Assembly (NCBI RefSeq): GCF_002994635.1
Contig: NZ_PVNL01000139.1
Location: 1 to 18,054, forward strand
From: Enhygromyxa salina
GTDB lineage: Bacteria > Myxococcota_A > Polyangia > Nannocystales > Nannocystaceae
Reading direction: 5' to 3'
DNA: 18,054 nucleotides
Shown here: positions 15,584 through 18,054 of the stretch, one piece after another
Position numbering within the stretch: position 1 is the stretch's first letter
How the letters are laid out: the number at the start of each line of letters is the position of its first letter
Made by a program: the position numbers and the translations under genes
Notes under the pieces: model-generated
The model's database searches: none
What the model was told of the DNA's origin: nothing
Seen by the model: only the letters and a program-made list of their open reading frames with translations

Positions 15584-16507
15584 ATGACTGAACACAAGAT
15601 CTCACTCCGCGGACCCGCCGCTCGGGGCACGGTCGTCGCCGCCGCCGTTCTGCGAGACCTCCTCGATGTCGTCCTCCAGGGCTGCCAGCAAGCAGTGAGG
15701 CTCCGTTGCGAGGGGCGCTCCTCCGCCCGCGGACAACCCCCCGCGTGGCTCGATCAAGCTGCGGCGTTCGACGTGACCGGAATCCGCGAGGGCTCGACCC
15801 AAGTGGTGGTCGCAACGCAGCCGCTGAGGACGGCGGCACCGGACTACTTCGCGCAGACCGACATGTTCGACGAGGTGGATACGGAGCAGTCGGCGCTCGA
15901 CCTGTTCCTCGTCGGACTGGGCGACGCTGCGGCGAACGAGACCAACAGCGACTACTTCGACGCGGGGTTGCTGCGGACGTTCGGCCGCTTGGACCGCGTG
16001 TTTCGTCGCGGCTTCGCCGAGATCGAGTTCGACGGAGCCAAGAAGCTGGTCATCGACTCCGAGCGCATGGGTGCGATCGGAAGCCTCAAAGCCACGGTGC
16101 CCGGTTCCCGACAGGTTCGTGTCGCGGGCAAGCTCGAGCAGATCAAGCACAGCAACCGACGCTTCACGCTTCTGATGGACGAGGGCTCGCTGAACGGCGT
16201 CGCCGATGACTCGATCTCGCCGGACGAGCTTGCTGAACACTTCGGTCGGCTCGTCATCGTCAGCGGCGAAGCGGTCTTCCGGCCCAGCGGGAGCCTCCTC
16301 CGCGTTGAAGCAAAGCACTTGGAGCCCGCCGGAGAGACCACCTCAATCTGGTCCCGGATTCCCCGGCCGCTGTTGGAGGAGAGGACGAGCCCGGACAAGT
16401 ACCGCGTGGCTCAGGGTCCGCGCTCGGGGCTTGCCGCGATCATTGGGAAGTGGCCCGGCGAAGAGACTGACGATGAGATCGCAGCCGCTCTGGGGCAGAT
16501 CTCGTGA
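15584..16507 (+). CDS. Hypothetical protein (307 aa), acidic and soluble, with no recognisable catalytic motif. It is translationally coupled to the downstream PIN nuclease and may be an unusually large antitoxin or partner.
   Basis: A perfect Shine-Dalgarno sequence AAGGAGG lies 5 nt upstream of the ATG at 15584. The tracked ORF 15299..16507 is open further upstream but starts inside the tRNA. The TGA stop at 16505-16507 overlaps the GTG start of the next gene (GTGA). GC is about 63-66%, below that of the flanking core genes. Confidence 0.65.
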   Translation: MTEHKISLRGPAARGTVVAAAVLRDLLDVVLQGCQQAVRLRCEGRSSARGQPPAWLDQAAAFDVTGIREGSTQVVVATQPLRTAAPDYFAQTDMFDEVDTEQSALDLFLVGLGDAAANETNSDYFDAGLLRTFGRLDRVFRRGFAEIEFDGAKKLVIDSERMGAIGSLKATVPGSRQVRVAGKLEQIKHSNRRFTLLMDEGSLNGVADDSISPDELAEHFGRLVIVSGEAVFRPSGSLLRVEAKHLEPAGETTSIWSRIPRPLLEERTSPDKYRVAQGPRSGLAAIIGKWPGEETDDEIAAALGQIS

Positions 16508-16950
16508 CAGCTAGGCCGGGGCTGGTCGTACTCGACACGAACATCCTGGTTCATCTGGTCCGTGGCAAGGCCCCCGGCCGCCACCTGGACAGCACCTACG
16601 AGTTGTCTTCGGCCGCGGTACGGCCCCTCATCTCGGTGACAACCGTTGGAGAGTGCCTCTCTCTCGCCAAGCAGTTTGGCTGGGGATCCGAGAAGGAGAA
16701 GGTACTCCTCGACTTGTTGAAACAGCTCGTCGTCGTGGACATCAACGACTCGAGCGTCCTCGACGCCTACGCGGACATCGACTTCGCATCGCGGAAGAAC
16801 GGGAACACGATGGGCAAGAACGACCTGTGGATCGCGGCGGTCGCCGTGGCCGCGAACGGGTGGCTTCTCACCACGGACAAGGACTTCCTGCCTCTCGACC
16901 CTGACTTCCTCCCGGTTGAGTGGGTGAACCCCCAGGCTCTTCCTGCCTGA
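16504..16950 (+). CDS. vapC: PIN-domain ribonuclease, a VapC-like type II toxin.
   Basis: The N-terminus is LVVLDTNILVHLV, the canonical PIN motif. The conserved acidic positions are D(TN), E in VGECLSL, D in NDLWIAAVA and D in LLTTDKDF. The protein is about 148 aa. The GTG start overlaps the upstream stop by 4 bp. Local GC is about 60%. Confidence 0.8.
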   Translation: MTARPGLVVLDTNILVHLVRGKAPGRHLDSTYELSSAAVRPLISVTTVGECLSLAKQFGWGSEKEKVLLDLLKQLVVVDINDSSVLDAYADIDFASRKNGNTMGKNDLWIAAVAVAANGWLLTTDKDFLPLDPDFLPVEWVNPQALPA

Positions 16951-17126
16951 CCGTAGCGTGCGCCCACGGACTCGCCATTGCTAACCCTCTCGCGCAAAGC
17001 AACGCGACGCGTAACTTTTCGTAAGAGAGTCAGATCAGCGACGGCGACGCTCGCGGTTCGCACTTGCGTGTCGGGTGAAGACGCAGATCACGAACCAAGA
17101 ACCACCAGAACCTCGAGGTTGCGGTC

Positions 17127-17701
17127 CTAGCCCGGCTTGCGGAACAGAGCCCCGACGTCGAAAGGCACGGCACCAAAGGGCTCGGGGCGAGCGTCGGGCG
17201 CGGCCCCGTGGGTCGAGACCACGAGCCACAGCGCGCCCTCGCGACGGTACACTTCGAGGGTCTCGGCGAGGGGATCGACCAGCCACAGGTGTCCGACCCG
17301 TGCTCGGCATACAGGGGCATCTTCTCCACGCGATCGCTGCGCGCAGTCGAGGGCGAGAGCACCTCGCAGATCCAATCGGGGACCAGCGTGATCGGGTTGT
17401 CCTCCGGCTCGACGTAGTGCTCGACCCGCCAGCCAGCGAGGTCCGGACAGCGGATCTGCTCACCGAAGGCAAGCTCGGGCTCGACCAGGATCACCCAGCC
17501 ACCTGGGCCCGACTTCGTGTCCCAGCCAAACTCGTGACCGAGGCGCACGACGAGCGCACTCGCGGCGCGTGTGTGGCGAGGCCGTGGGCGCGGAAGTACC
17601 CGGAGCTCGCCTGCGACAATTTCGGCCCGGGTGTGGGGCGGCAGCGCGCGGTACTCCTCGTAGAGTTGCTCGAAGCGCGAGCGAGGTTTGACTTCACTCA
17701 C
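17127..17701 (-). pseudogene. Uma2/DUF820-family putative endonuclease, frameshifted. A -1 frameshift lies in a G-run near 17297-17299.
   Basis: Frame a (ORF 17030..17701) gives a Uma2-like N-terminal part, ...YEEYRALPPHTRAEIVAGEL...LVPDWICEVLSPSTARSDRVEKMPLYAEHG, and then becomes non-protein-like. The family C-terminal part, VGHLWLVDPLAETLEVYRREGALWLVVS...VPFDVGALF, continues in a second frame (ORF 17127..17375). Restoring one G in GAGCACGGG|TCGGACAC gives a continuous EHGVGHLWLVDP. This could be a sequencing error rather than true decay. Confidence 0.6.
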
Positions 17702-17773
17702 CCTTCGAGTCTACCTCACGTGACCGCGCCGTGGCTCGCGCCACTCGCGCCCGCCGCCATCTGGATGGGGCGA

Positions 17774-18054
17774 CTAGGTTGAGCGTGGATCCGCGTAAAT
17801 CGTGTCGACGGCGATCGAGACCCCCTGCGAGGGCAGCTCGAGCAACCCTCCCGCGACGCTGGTCCGCAAGATCCACTCGTCACCCTCGCGCCGGAAGACC
17901 TCTACGTAGGGCTCGCCCTGAGAGATCAACACGTACTCACGCAGCGAGGGCAGGCGCTGGTAGTGGCGCCACTTCTCGCCGCGATCGGCAGCCTCCGTCG
18001 AAGGCGAGAGCACCTCGACGATGATCGCCGGGTTGGTCACGGCGTTTGGATCGA
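17774..18054 (-). CDS. Uma2/DUF820-family putative endonuclease. Only the C-terminal part is in the window; the 5' end runs off the window end.
   Basis: The frame is open to the window edge (...DPNAVTNPAIIVEVLSPSTEAADRGEKWRHYQRLPSLREYVLISQGEPYVEVFRR...). It has the family core motif EVLSPST...D...K...Y. The GTG at 18038-18040 is only the first tracked start, so the true start is probably beyond 18054. Confidence 0.7.
   Translation of the reverse strand, partial: DPNAVTNPAIIVEVLSPSTEAADRGEKWRHYQRLPSLREYVLISQGEPYVEVFRREGDEWILRTSVAGGLLELPSQGVSIAVDTIYADPRST

Noticed and set aside
17704-17725. A possible att-like partial repeat of the tRNA-Asn 3' end (TTCGAGTC...TACCT), which could mark an island boundary.
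   Set aside because: Only about 13 scattered matching bases, with an indel relative to the tRNA sequence. It lies in the RBS/start region of the Uma2 pseudogene and is most likely a chance match.
1-18054. CRISPR arrays, rRNA, IS elements, transposases and integrases.
   Set aside because: No regularly spaced direct repeats with spacers, no rRNA-like conserved blocks, and no transposase, integrase or terminal inverted repeat signatures were seen. The only tandem repeats are short coding or 3'-end microsatellite-like units (621-700, 9361-9405, 13432-13479).

Overview
This window looks like a high-GC (roughly 68-70%) myxobacterial-type chromosome segment (no searches or counts were run). It has three parts. 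(i) Positions 1-2537 hold a truncated membrane-protein gene on the - strand and, diverging from it, a 67K-type signal peptide peptidase SppA gene on the + strand. (ii) A long, tightly spaced - strand gene array runs from 10691 down to 2534: an SGNH/GDSL-type lipoprotein, a LysM-LysM-MepA (M74) murein endopeptidase, a glutaryl-CoA dehydrogenase-like ACAD, a PPP-like metallophosphoesterase, and two tandem, diverged paralogues of a large Cys-rich secreted protein. Both paralogues end in MYXO-CTERM-like tails. (iii) On the + strand there is a small PDZ protein gene with a clear intrinsic terminator, followed by a likely RDD / YbjN-like / quinone-oxidoreductase operon. Converging on that operon from the - strand is a VWA-domain lipoprotein gene whose 3' end lies in a 12-bp tandem repeat. 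Then comes tRNA-Asn(GUU). Downstream of the tRNA the GC content drops to about 60-65%. That region holds a translationally coupled pair (an unknown 307-aa protein plus a PIN-domain VapC-like nuclease, joined by a GTGA overlap) and two Uma2/DUF820-family putative endonuclease genes. One Uma2 gene is frameshifted in a G-run and the other is cut by the window edge. The two most interesting loci are the tandem Cys-rich MYXO-CTERM paralogues, which show a mosaic of near-identical and hypervariable blocks, and the tRNA-adjacent large-partner + PIN module. Many long antisense ORFs in the six-frame track are high-GC artefacts and are rejected. No CRISPR array, rRNA, transposase or integrase is visible.
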